Shown one piece after another: positions 1 to 8,635 of a DNA stretch of 64,000 nucleotides (position 1 is the stretch's first letter; each line of letters starts with the position of its first letter). The position numbers and the translations under genes were made by a program. The notes under the pieces are model-generated. The model was not told where the DNA came from. It worked only from the letters and a program-made list of their open reading frames with translations, and searched no databases. Origin of the DNA: a virus; the IMG/VR virus record IMGVR_UViG_3300024518_000034, positions 128,309 to 192,308 of that record. The stretch is one strand, 5' to 3'.

Positions 1-2
1 GA

Positions 3-263
3 CATTGGATCCAGGCGAAGTCATGGCTGGAACATAAAAAAATGTTTAACAGGATTGAGTCTGACAATATATTTCATCTTAAGTATGAGGACGTTTGTAG
101 AAAACCACATAGGTCGTTGGAGGGATTGTTTAACTTTTTAGAAATGCCTTATAAGTGTGAGAGCTATGTAAATAAAAACTTTAGAGGAAGAGCGGGATCG
201 TGGAAATTATCTAGTGTTGGAGTTGATAAAAGGGCGCATAAGTTAATGGGGTATGAATCATGA
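3..263 (+). CDS. sulfotransferase-family protein, C-terminal part (5' truncated by window edge)
   Basis: Frame is open from base 3. IFHLKYEDVCRKPHRSLEGLFNFL resembles the 3' YE(D)L..dP...l..l..FL motif of sulfotransferases. TGA overlaps the next ATG. Confidence 0.55.
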   Translation, partial: HWIQAKSWLEHKKMFNRIESDNIFHLKYEDVCRKPHRSLEGLFNFLEMPYKCESYVNKNFRGRAGSWKLSSVGVDKRAHKLMGYES

Positions 264-1018
264 GAGTAGCAGTATTAATAGTTGGTCGCAATAGACCAGA
301 CTTAGAAAAAAAACAAAACAAACAATTTGATGCCTTAGAAAAACAAGAGCATGAACATGAAGTAGATAGAATCTTTATTGAATGTAGTGAGAAAGATTTT
401 AAGGGAAAATGTTATGGACACAATAGGGGACTAGATGATCTAAAAAAACATGGTAGGTTTGAAGACTATGACTATTTTCTTTTCATGCACAATGATGTGT
501 TTTTCCCAAATAGAGAATACGGCGATCCAATAGATGTCATGATAACAACCATGGAGAACCATAAGCAAATAGGAGTGTTAAGTCCAACTGAGCATGGCAG
601 TTCATATCCTGATGCTCAGCCTAGACCTTTTCCTGAATCATACTGGAGAAAAGTAAGTACATGTGATTATCTTTGCATAATGATGAGAAGAAGTACTTTG
701 GAAAACGTAGGATTCCTTAATCCAGATTTCAAATATTGCTGGGGCGCTATTCATGAATTGTCTTACAAGTTGTACAAAAGAGGGCTGTGTGTAGCCTATG
801 AAGATAAAGTGCAAATGAGACATCTAGGTGGGTCAACATATGGTAAGAAGACCGGCACAATAAGTAGAGATGAATATCAGAAGAGAGCCAAGAGGTTCGC
901 TGCAAATTACTTCAAGAAGACTTATGGGGATAGGTGGGACGAGGAGTTTACTAAGCACTTACCAAAAGATATAAAGATTAATACGTATAAGGAACATAAA
1001 AAACTATGGGAATCATAG
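260..1018 (+). CDS. glycosyltransferase family 2
   Basis: N-terminal VAVLIV, FMHNDV (DxD-like) and FLNPDFKYCWG/VQMRHLGGST segments typical of GT2. Confidence 0.75.
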   Translation: MRVAVLIVGRNRPDLEKKQNKQFDALEKQEHEHEVDRIFIECSEKDFKGKCYGHNRGLDDLKKHGRFEDYDYFLFMHNDVFFPNREYGDPIDVMITTMENHKQIGVLSPTEHGSSYPDAQPRPFPESYWRKVSTCDYLCIMMRRSTLENVGFLNPDFKYCWGAIHELSYKLYKRGLCVAYEDKVQMRHLGGSTYGKKTGTISRDEYQKRAKRFAANYFKKTYGDRWDEEFTKHLPKDIKINTYKEHKKLWES

Positions 1019-1383
1019 ATAGGTTTTGGAAAAAAATAAAAGCAAATTATTCTAGTGGCATGTGTGACGTTATGGCTATAGCGATAGCTAGAAAATACAA
1101 TAAGCCGTTGGGTGTTGTAAGAGGTTTTTTCTTTGATGAAACAGAACAAGATGAATATTATATAGATTGCCACATGGTGGTAATTATGGAAGACAATAAG
1201 GTGGCTGACTCACAGGGAGTGAGAGATCTGGAAGAGGTTTTAAGTTTGTGTGTGTGGGATGCTAAACCAAACAGGATAGAGTTAATCCCTGTGTCGGAAG
1301 AAGAGGCTATGCATTGTATGACTGCAGATGGTGTAACGGAAGAAGAAATAAATGAAACAATGGAGGATGTACCAGAACTATGA
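1006..1383 (+). CDS. hypothetical protein
   Basis: 125 aa ORF overlapping both neighbours (translational coupling). Contains YYSSGMCDVMAIA...HMVV motif. Confidence 0.6.
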   Translation: MGIIDRFWKKIKANYSSGMCDVMAIAIARKYNKPLGVVRGFFFDETEQDEYYIDCHMVVIMEDNKVADSQGVRDLEEVLSLCVWDAKPNRIELIPVSEEEAMHCMTADGVTEEEINETMEDVPEL

Positions 1384-1456
1384 GAATAAGAATGGGACCA
1401 GACCAAAGATATTTAGAGGTATCTGAAAAGACTACTGATTTTCATCCACTATTAAA
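1380..1456 (+). repeat. direct repeat, copy 1 (leader shared with ORF 3254..3448)
   Basis: 1380-1409 is identical to 3254-3283, and 1410-1456 is identical to 3380-3426. Confidence 0.95.
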
Positions 1457-3245
1457 AAAGTTAGCGCAGTTTCCCCCTGAGGAAAACTATTTAGATCCAG
1501 ACGCTTATGTTCAACAATTGGAACCTCCGCAGCCAGTTGCACCAACTGACGTTCAGGAAAATATGAATTGCCCACATTGCGGGAGTATTTTCCCAACAAG
1601 TCGCTTAGAAAATGATCACGCGGTATGTGACAATTGCAATTATTATATTGAATTAAAATGTGATGATTGCGATAAAAATCTTCTCTTTGGAGAAGAAAGA
1701 AAAGATCCTTGGGGCAATGAAATATGTGAAGAATGTTTTGAAGGAAGTTATGTAGTATGTGTGAATTGTGAGGAAACGGTAAAAGAGGAGGACGAAAAGA
1801 AAGACGAAGATGGTGACTCGCTTTGCGAGGAATGTTTTTACGATAATTATACATACTGCGAGCCGTGCGGAGATGCTATAAAAATAGATGATGCAGCTTT
1901 TGTAGACGAAGATAGGTGGATGTGTAAAGAGTGTGCTAAAGATTTTTACTGTGATGAATGTATGGGATATAAAACAAACACGCAGGATCGTCAAATAGGT
2001 GAGGAAAATAAAAAACTATGTGATGAGTGTTTTATGTCGATGTGGGAAAATGGTGAAATAGCAACTTGTGACCAATGTCATGCTGTAGTTACAGGAGACA
2101 ACATTCACTATACAGAGGATGGATCTGAGTGTAATGAATGCTATGGAGGCAATGATAACATTAAAAGTTATTATGAATTAAAAGAGGCGGCAGAGGGGAA
2201 TCTTGAAACCCAAAGCGATTTGGAATATTACAAAGATATGTATCCTAACTTATTTAGTGTGTCGGAAGATTATAATAGGAAGAAAAAAAAGTCTTGGAAT
2301 TATATTCAAAAGTGGTCAGGCGGATTTGACTATGTTCCAGAAATGGATGTTGGAGTAACTAGACCATCTACTGATTATGAGGGAACATACATTGAGTTTG
2401 ATTTGTCAGTTAATGAAGGAGAAAGATTGGCAGAAAAAATAGGAATGGACGAAAGTCAAATGTGGGATGTGTTTAAAAGATGCAACGATTATCACCCATG
2501 TTTAGTAAGTTCAGACGCAGACAGAATGATAGTGTCCAGAGTTTTGGTGGATGATAACGGAGACTGGAATGTTAAACTAATGCAAGGTTCTATAAATCAA
2601 GAAGCAAAAGCAGAAATGTCAAGAATTGAGGATGAAATAAGAGGGGAAGAGCGCAAGTGTAGGGACTGCGGCGGTGGCGGGAAAAGTTATTCTTGGCGAG
2701 GAGGGCCGTGTAAAGCTTGTAATGGAAAAGGCGTCGTTAAGATTATTAATGAAGAACAATTGGAGGGGTGGGATAAAACGAGGGGAGAAGAGGAAGCGGA
2801 AAAGCTTTACCCAAAAGAATATGGAGGAGAAGATCCATTAAAAGGACTTGAAGAGAGGGGAAAAGACTATTATCTTAAACAGGACTTACAACAGAAAATG
2901 GAACAATTAGATAAAATTGTAAAACTAACAAATGGTGCATATATAGCAGCATATGATTGGATAAAGAACCTGGCTAAACAAAAAGGAAAAAAATGTTATG
3001 TAGAAGTGCCAGAAGGCCAAGCGCGTCAACATCCAAATGCACCTAAAATAAGTCTTGAAGTTATATATGGTGGAATACCATTTTTGATGGGATTTGAAAA
3101 AGAGAAAATTAAGAGGGAGTTAGAAGGTGAGGGAGAGAAAGGTGTGGAACAAAAAGGAAAATCAAGATATAGGATGGCTAAGGCAAACAATTGGGATTTT
3201 GAAGATATTGCAGATATGGCAATATTTGACCCTCTACTTAGATAG
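1380..3245 (+). CDS. large protein with many CxxC zinc-finger repeats and a DnaJ-like CxxCxGxG pair
   Basis: More than 12 CxxC motifs in aa 60-255, then CRDCGGGG...CKACNGKG. Confidence 0.75.
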   Translation: MRIRMGPDQRYLEVSEKTTDFHPLLKKLAQFPPEENYLDPDAYVQQLEPPQPVAPTDVQENMNCPHCGSIFPTSRLENDHAVCDNCNYYIELKCDDCDKNLLFGEERKDPWGNEICEECFEGSYVVCVNCEETVKEEDEKKDEDGDSLCEECFYDNYTYCEPCGDAIKIDDAAFVDEDRWMCKECAKDFYCDECMGYKTNTQDRQIGEENKKLCDECFMSMWENGEIATCDQCHAVVTGDNIHYTEDGSECNECYGGNDNIKSYYELKEAAEGNLETQSDLEYYKDMYPNLFSVSEDYNRKKKKSWNYIQKWSGGFDYVPEMDVGVTRPSTDYEGTYIEFDLSVNEGERLAEKIGMDESQMWDVFKRCNDYHPCLVSSDADRMIVSRVLVDDNGDWNVKLMQGSINQEAKAEMSRIEDEIRGEERKCRDCGGGGKSYSWRGGPCKACNGKGVVKIINEEQLEGWDKTRGEEEAEKLYPKEYGGEDPLKGLEERGKDYYLKQDLQQKMEQLDKIVKLTNGAYIAAYDWIKNLAKQKGKKCYVEVPEGQARQHPNAPKISLEVIYGGIPFLMGFEKEKIKRELEGEGEKGVEQKGKSRYRMAKANNWDFEDIADMAIFDPLLR

Positions 3246-3253
3246 GAAACAAT

Positions 3254-3448
3254 ATGAGAATAAGAATGGGACCAGACCAAAGACATTCGTTAGATAGAGC
3301 AACAGAGGCTTTAAGAAAAGCTTTTAATATTGACAGTGAGAGTGATACACCAGCTAGAAATGATGAAGGATTTTTAAGATATTTAGAGGTATCTGAAAAG
3401 ACTACTGATTTTCATCCACTATTAAACGAAGAAAAAAATGAAGAATAA
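3254..3448 (+). CDS. small protein sharing the leader of ORF 1380..3245 (possible remnant)
   Basis: MRIRMGPDQR + 32 aa + YLEVSEKTTDFHPLL, upstream AGGAAAC. Confidence 0.5.
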   Translation: MRIRMGPDQRHSLDRATEALRKAFNIDSESDTPARNDEGFLRYLEVSEKTTDFHPLLNEEKNEE

Positions 3449-4199
3449 AAATGCTATAGTTGGGCTAGTTAGAGGTTATGCAAATCCTAAAGGATACCAT
3501 ATGCTTAGGAGAAGAAATAGACTTCTAATGGAGAACTATTATAAACACAATAAAAACGCAGATGTGATTATATTCCATGAAGGAAATATTAAAAAAGAGC
3601 ATCAAGAAGAATTAAAGAAAGATATACCTATTAAGTTTCACAGCGTGGGTAATCTATTTAAAGCACAGGGCTCTAATAAAACAAACCTGGGATATAAGCA
3701 CATGTGTCGTTTTTATGCTATGCAGATGGCACCAATACTTGACAAGTGGGGATATGAAAAGTATTGGAGGTTGGACGATGATAGTTTTCTCTTAAAAAAA
3801 GTAGAATATAATGTGTTTAAGTTTATGGAAAACAACCAGACGGTATATGGTTATATACATACGAAATGGCCAGTCGCTCCGCAGGCCAAACTGACAGAGA
3901 GAACATTACTGCCATTGGTGAAGAAGCATATGAGCGAAGATGGTTTAAAGTGGGGTAAATTAGATGGGCAGAATCATTACAGCAACTTTCATCTTTCGCA
4001 AGTTAAGTTTTGGATGAAACCAGAAGTTAGAGAATTTCTTGATCACATTGATGAAAGTGGTGGCATATATGCTCATAGGTGGGGCGACCATATAATTCAA
4101 ACATTAATATTGAAATTATTTGCAATGGAAAAGGAAGTAAAGAAAATGCCGTGGATACACTACAATCATGGCAGTCATAATTTTGAGGTGAAAACATGA
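3438..4199 (+). CDS. glycosyltransferase family 15 (Kre2/Mnt1-like alpha-1,2-mannosyltransferase)
   Basis: GYKHMCRFY, YWRLDDDS, HYSNFHLS..KFW, SGGIYAHRWGD match GT15 motifs. Confidence 0.8.
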   Translation: MKNKNAIVGLVRGYANPKGYHMLRRRNRLLMENYYKHNKNADVIIFHEGNIKKEHQEELKKDIPIKFHSVGNLFKAQGSNKTNLGYKHMCRFYAMQMAPILDKWGYEKYWRLDDDSFLLKKVEYNVFKFMENNQTVYGYIHTKWPVAPQAKLTERTLLPLVKKHMSEDGLKWGKLDGQNHYSNFHLSQVKFWMKPEVREFLDHIDESGGIYAHRWGDHIIQTLILKLFAMEKEVKKMPWIHYNHGSHNFEVKT

Positions 4200-4789
4200 A
4201 GTTTCCAGTAAAAGTGCCATTTAAATATGATCAGCATGGAGAGGTAAAATGCATTGTTGACTATATTAGACAGAACAATATAACTGTGCCAACAATGTAT
4301 GTAGATGTTGGGGCATCAGACGGAGTATGTAATAGTAACTCAAGATATTTTGTCCATCAGGGATGGAGGACGTGGCTTATCGAACCATGCCCTGTAAACT
4401 TTAAACTTTTGAAAACAAATACAAATTTCATGGGTAGTGCAGTTGCGGTGAATTATGCAGTTGGAAATGAAAATGGAAAAGTAAAATTTAAATCAGAAGG
4501 TGGGCTATCTAAGGTTACTCATAGTGGAAATATTGAAGTGCCAATGATAATGGTAAAAGAATTGGTTGAAAAAATTAAGACAAAAGATATAGGAATTTTA
4601 GACGTGGACACAGAGGGTGGAGAAGAAGGAATACTTTTACAGTTTATGAAGTTGAAAATATATCCTCATTTTATTATTGTAGAACACCAATGTCATGAAC
4701 CAAAAATAAAAGAACAAGAAAGAATATTATCGCCAAGATATAAGAGAATAGCCAGAAAAGGCGTTAATGACATATGGCACTTAAAATAA
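4196..4789 (+). CDS. FkbM-family SAM-dependent methyltransferase
   Basis: YVDVGASDG, LIEP, NYAVG, ILDVDTEGGE. Confidence 0.85.
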   Translation: MKFPVKVPFKYDQHGEVKCIVDYIRQNNITVPTMYVDVGASDGVCNSNSRYFVHQGWRTWLIEPCPVNFKLLKTNTNFMGSAVAVNYAVGNENGKVKFKSEGGLSKVTHSGNIEVPMIMVKELVEKIKTKDIGILDVDTEGGEEGILLQFMKLKIYPHFIIVEHQCHEPKIKEQERILSPRYKRIARKGVNDIWHLK

Positions 4790-5412
4790 TAGTTACGGGA
4801 CAACCGAGAACTGGTACAAGTTTTCTTACAAGTTTAGTGGCTAAGATGAGCGGGTATTCTCTGGGACCAAAGGGTGGATTGAAAAAACAAGATAGACACA
4901 ATCCTAACGGGTATTTTGAATCTGTAGATATAATGCAAATAGAGGATGCGTTGTTGCAAAAATTGGGAGGATCGTACCAAAAGATACCAGACAAAAAGAG
5001 TAATTGGCATAAGGAGTGTGATGGAATAAAGGCAATACTAAGGGGTACGATAAATAGAGATAAGATAGAAATAATTAAGTCTCCTAGAGGAATTATGATA
5101 GGTGACATATATTATGATATGTATCCTAAAGCTGTATGGTTCTATACAAAAAGAGAACCAGAGGTAACGTACAAGAGTAGGTGGGGCAAAAGGATTTCTT
5201 TGAAAAAATGGAAGAAAATTTGTGCAGAGAGAGAGATAGTTTGGAGAAAGTCAAAAGTAAGTAGAAGAGTTTGGAATGTAAACTATGAAAACTTTGAAAC
5301 AAATTTTAAAGGTGAGTGGTTAAGAATAATACGGGCGTTTAGGTCAGAGGGGATAAAGATAAATTGTTCATTTGAAGAATGTGAAGCGTTATGGAAACCA
5401 AGAAGAAAATAA
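4774..5412 (+). CDS. sulfotransferase family protein
   Basis: IIVTGQPRTGTSFL (5'-PSB loop), NPNGYFE, IKSPR, VNYENF. Confidence 0.8.
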   Translation: MALKIIVTGQPRTGTSFLTSLVAKMSGYSLGPKGGLKKQDRHNPNGYFESVDIMQIEDALLQKLGGSYQKIPDKKSNWHKECDGIKAILRGTINRDKIEIIKSPRGIMIGDIYYDMYPKAVWFYTKREPEVTYKSRWGKRISLKKWKKICAEREIVWRKSKVSRRVWNVNYENFETNFKGEWLRIIRAFRSEGIKINCSFEECEALWKPRRK

Positions 5413-6245
5413 AGATAGCATTTAAGAGGTGGTGGACTCCTTGGAATATGAATTATTTCAGAGAGAGATTTCCATTTATGACTAGTCAATACGATTTTGT
5501 TGAATCAAAGAATCCAGACTATGTAATGTATTCAGTATTTGGGAATGAGCCATTGCCTAAGAATTGCACTAAGGTTTTCTATACGGCAGAAAATGCAGCG
5601 CCAAATATGAGTGAATGCGACTATGCTATATCCTTTAGAAGAGATATAGGAGGCAAGCACTTTAGGTTACCAAATTATGCTGTGAGATACAATCATTGCA
5701 AGAATCATGATTTGATAGATTTGGTAAGAAACGACAGACCGCGAAGTCATGTGAACTTTAAAGATCGCAAGTTCTGTGTTTTCCTTCATAGAAGACCATC
5801 TGAACCAAGAGATAGTTTCGTAAAAGAGCTTTCTAAATATAAAAGAGTAGACTGTCCAGGGATAGTTCACAGAAATATGAATGTGGAAATTCCTAAGGGT
5901 GGAGACGCTAAGATTAACTTCTTTAAGCAGTACAAATTTGCAATGGCATTTGAAAATAGCAGAGGAAATGGATATGTAACGGAGAAATTAACAGATGCTA
6001 TGATGGCAGGCTGTATACCTATATATTGGGGTGATCCAGACGTAAAATTAGATTTTAATACTAGGAGTTTTATCAACGTTTTGAACTATGGTAATTTTGA
6101 TAGGGCAATTAAAAGGATTAAAAACATAGATAGTAACGATGAGGCATGTAAAAAAATATTAGCACAGCCCTGGGTAAATGAAGACTCGTGGATTTTATTA
6201 AATAATCATAAAACAGAGAAATTTTTTAGGAGAATATTCGGATGA
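5391..6245 (+). CDS. glycosyltransferase family 10 (alpha-1,3/4-fucosyltransferase-like)
   Basis: YKFAMAFENSRGNGYVTEKLTDAMMAGCIPIYWG is the GT10 alpha-1,3 motif. Confidence 0.9.
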   Translation: METKKKIKIAFKRWWTPWNMNYFRERFPFMTSQYDFVESKNPDYVMYSVFGNEPLPKNCTKVFYTAENAAPNMSECDYAISFRRDIGGKHFRLPNYAVRYNHCKNHDLIDLVRNDRPRSHVNFKDRKFCVFLHRRPSEPRDSFVKELSKYKRVDCPGIVHRNMNVEIPKGGDAKINFFKQYKFAMAFENSRGNGYVTEKLTDAMMAGCIPIYWGDPDVKLDFNTRSFINVLNYGNFDRAIKRIKNIDSNDEACKKILAQPWVNEDSWILLNNHKTEKFFRRIFG

Positions 6246-7033
6246 AAGTACACCAAGATTCTTTTTTATTTATAACATTAGATAGTTGTAGATGGGATAC
6301 GTTTAGGGATGCTCACGCACCTAATATAAAAGGAATCGGTCCCCATAGGAAAACCTTTACACAGGCTACTTACACTTATCCAGCACATCAGTCGTTTTTC
6401 ATGGGTTTTCTTCCAACGGATAAGTCAGGACAAAGATATTGGGACAGTAGAAGATCGAGAATATTTCACTTAGTGTCGCCCACTAGCACCAAGGAGTCTG
6501 AAGCATATGTGAAGCTAAAGGGTAGAAATATAGTCGATGGATTTAACAGAAAAGGATATAGGACGCTAGGACTAGGTGCAATGGGGTGGTTCAATAAAGA
6601 ATTACCAGCGGGTAAAGTTTTGACAGACGATTTTCAAAGATTTGTATTTACTGGACCATTTGATATTAAAAGACAAATAGATGTAGCATTGAACGATGCA
6701 GTGAAAAATGCTAATAAACCGCTTTTCACATTTATAAATGTAGGTGAGACACATCATCCATATTGGCATAAGGGTGCAACGTGGGATCAGACAAATTACT
6801 GCATGCCATTTGGCACTTTCAATAATAGGGCTGAATGTCAGAAGAGACAGCGAGGATGTCTAGAATACGTCGATAGAAAAATCAAGCACCTGTTGCAAAT
6901 TTTCAGCAATGCGTCTATAATAGTATGTGCAGATCATGGAGATGTACATGGAGAGGATGGATTATGGGGACACAGCGTAGTACACCCGACCGTAATGACG
7001 GTGCCGATGGTGATGAAGTTAAGAAAAAAATAG
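6242..7033 (+). CDS. sulfatase/alkaline-phosphatase superfamily protein
   Basis: FITLDSCRWD, TYTYPAH, INVGETHHPY, CADHGDVHGEDGLWGH. Confidence 0.75.
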   Translation: MKVHQDSFLFITLDSCRWDTFRDAHAPNIKGIGPHRKTFTQATYTYPAHQSFFMGFLPTDKSGQRYWDSRRSRIFHLVSPTSTKESEAYVKLKGRNIVDGFNRKGYRTLGLGAMGWFNKELPAGKVLTDDFQRFVFTGPFDIKRQIDVALNDAVKNANKPLFTFINVGETHHPYWHKGATWDQTNYCMPFGTFNNRAECQKRQRGCLEYVDRKIKHLLQIFSNASIIVCADHGDVHGEDGLWGHSVVHPTVMTVPMVMKLRKK

Positions 7034-7057
7034 AGATGTTATTTGGAAGCTTGAAGA

Positions 7058-7864
7058 TTGATGTGTGATCTAACGGTAGTAGTTTCAACATACAACAGAC
7101 TTAAGCACCTGAAGAAATCACTTCATTGTTACGAGAGGCAAACTCATAAAAACTTTGAGGTGGTTGTCACAGATGACGGTTCGTCGGATGGAACAAGAGA
7201 GTATATAGAAGAAGCTATAAAATCTGAGTTTTATGACTTTGACCTTAGTTACGTTAGACAGCCAGATAGAGGATACGATCTCGCTGGGGCAAGAAATAGA
7301 GGGATCGAGTTAGCTGAAGGAAAGAGAATACTTTTTACAGACAACGACATATGGTTTTCCCCTAGATCTGTCGAATTCCACGTAAAGATAAAACCTAACA
7401 ATATTGGAGTGAGTTCTATATATTGGTTGAACAAAGAGTTTAGCAATAGATTATTAAGGGATGATCCAATACCAGAGAATTCGGAATTTGCGAAGAGAGA
7501 AAACATACAGAGTAGAGAGGTTAGAGGGAATATAAATATCCCATGTCCAGATAACTGTTATGGTGGGGCAGTATCTTATCATAGAGGTTTACTGAGACAT
7601 GCTGGAGGTTTTGACGCTGAAGGATTTTTAAACAAATACGGCTTTGAAGACATAGATTTGGCTCAGAGACTAATGAGATCTCCACTTGGCGTGCCTAGTG
7701 GAGGAAGGGCTGGATATGAAGTGGCTAACACCTCTATTGCCTTTCACATATGGCACCCATATGGTAAGTATAGGGGAGACATAGGGAATGCTTTTGGTGG
7801 AAGAAGAATTAGAGAAGGCTATTACAAAAGGGTACACAAGGGGTCGTTGAAAGGGAAAATATAA
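7058..7864 (+). CDS. glycosyltransferase family 2 (galactosyltransferase-like C-terminus)
   Basis: VVVSTYNR, VVTDDGSSDGT, ARNRG, FTDND, GGFD..F..YGFEDIDL. Confidence 0.9.
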   Translation: MMCDLTVVVSTYNRLKHLKKSLHCYERQTHKNFEVVVTDDGSSDGTREYIEEAIKSEFYDFDLSYVRQPDRGYDLAGARNRGIELAEGKRILFTDNDIWFSPRSVEFHVKIKPNNIGVSSIYWLNKEFSNRLLRDDPIPENSEFAKRENIQSREVRGNINIPCPDNCYGGAVSYHRGLLRHAGGFDAEGFLNKYGFEDIDLAQRLMRSPLGVPSGGRAGYEVANTSIAFHIWHPYGKYRGDIGNAFGGRRIREGYYKRVHKGSLKGKI

Positions 7865-8631
7865 TGGGGAAGAAAAAGAAAGATCCGTTTTGTGAAGCTG
7901 TAGATAAATTTATAGTGAAACAGACAATAAAAGAAAATAAAAGATATCTAGAGAGAAAGAAAAAAGAAGGCACGAAAGAGGGAAAGTTGGCAAACAGCTT
8001 TAGCCCTTCTTTCATTTCTAGCAAAGAATGTCTAAGGTCTTGGTATTATCATTATTTGAAAACGCCAAAAGATCCGGGAATTGATCCAAGATTGCAAAGA
8101 ATATTTGCTAACGGTCATAGTATGCACGATAGGGTCCAGGCAATGTTGCAAAAGATGGGTGTGCTGGAAGAGGAAGACATTGAAATAGGAATAGTAGATG
8201 ACGAGTGGATGATTAGTGGTAGAGTTGATGGGGTGGTAAAGAGAAAAAAGGGTGAAGAAATAAAGAGATTAGTTTTAGAAATAAAGAGCATAAATGCTTG
8301 GGGTTTTGGCGAGGTAGAAAAGAAAGGCCCAAAAGATGAACATAAGAGGCAAGCTAACATTTACATGTGGCTGTTAGATCTAGAGGAAGCAGTTATATAT
8401 TATGAATGCAAAAATAGTCAGCAGCATATGTCGTGCATTATAAAATATAGTCCAAGGATGGTACAAAAGCAGATAAAAAATAAAATCATCAAAGCGTTAG
8501 AGCATGTGAAACTTGAAGAGTCGCCAGACGTATGTTACAATGGATCAATAAGAGAGTGTGAGTGGTGTGACTGGAAAGAGAGATGTCAAGATGAAGGTGG
8601 CAAAAGAAGAAAGAACATTATAAAGGTTTAG
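7864..8631 (+). CDS. Cas4-like PD-(D/E)XK exonuclease (solo, Fe-S type)
   Basis: N-terminal Cys (ECLRSWYY), GHSMH, GRVDG, LEIKS, QANIY and C-terminal CxxCxW...C. No CRISPR array or cas1/cas2 in window. Confidence 0.8.
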   Translation: MGKKKKDPFCEAVDKFIVKQTIKENKRYLERKKKEGTKEGKLANSFSPSFISSKECLRSWYYHYLKTPKDPGIDPRLQRIFANGHSMHDRVQAMLQKMGVLEEEDIEIGIVDDEWMISGRVDGVVKRKKGEEIKRLVLEIKSINAWGFGEVEKKGPKDEHKRQANIYMWLLDLEEAVIYYECKNSQQHMSCIIKYSPRMVQKQIKNKIIKALEHVKLEESPDVCYNGSIRECEWCDWKERCQDEGGKRRKNIIKV

Positions 8632-8635
8632 GAGA

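Noticed and set aside
7864-8631. CRISPR-Cas locus suggested by the Cas4-like gene
   Set aside because: No repeat-spacer array or other cas genes were seen in the window. Solo Cas4-like nucleases are common phage recombination/replication genes.
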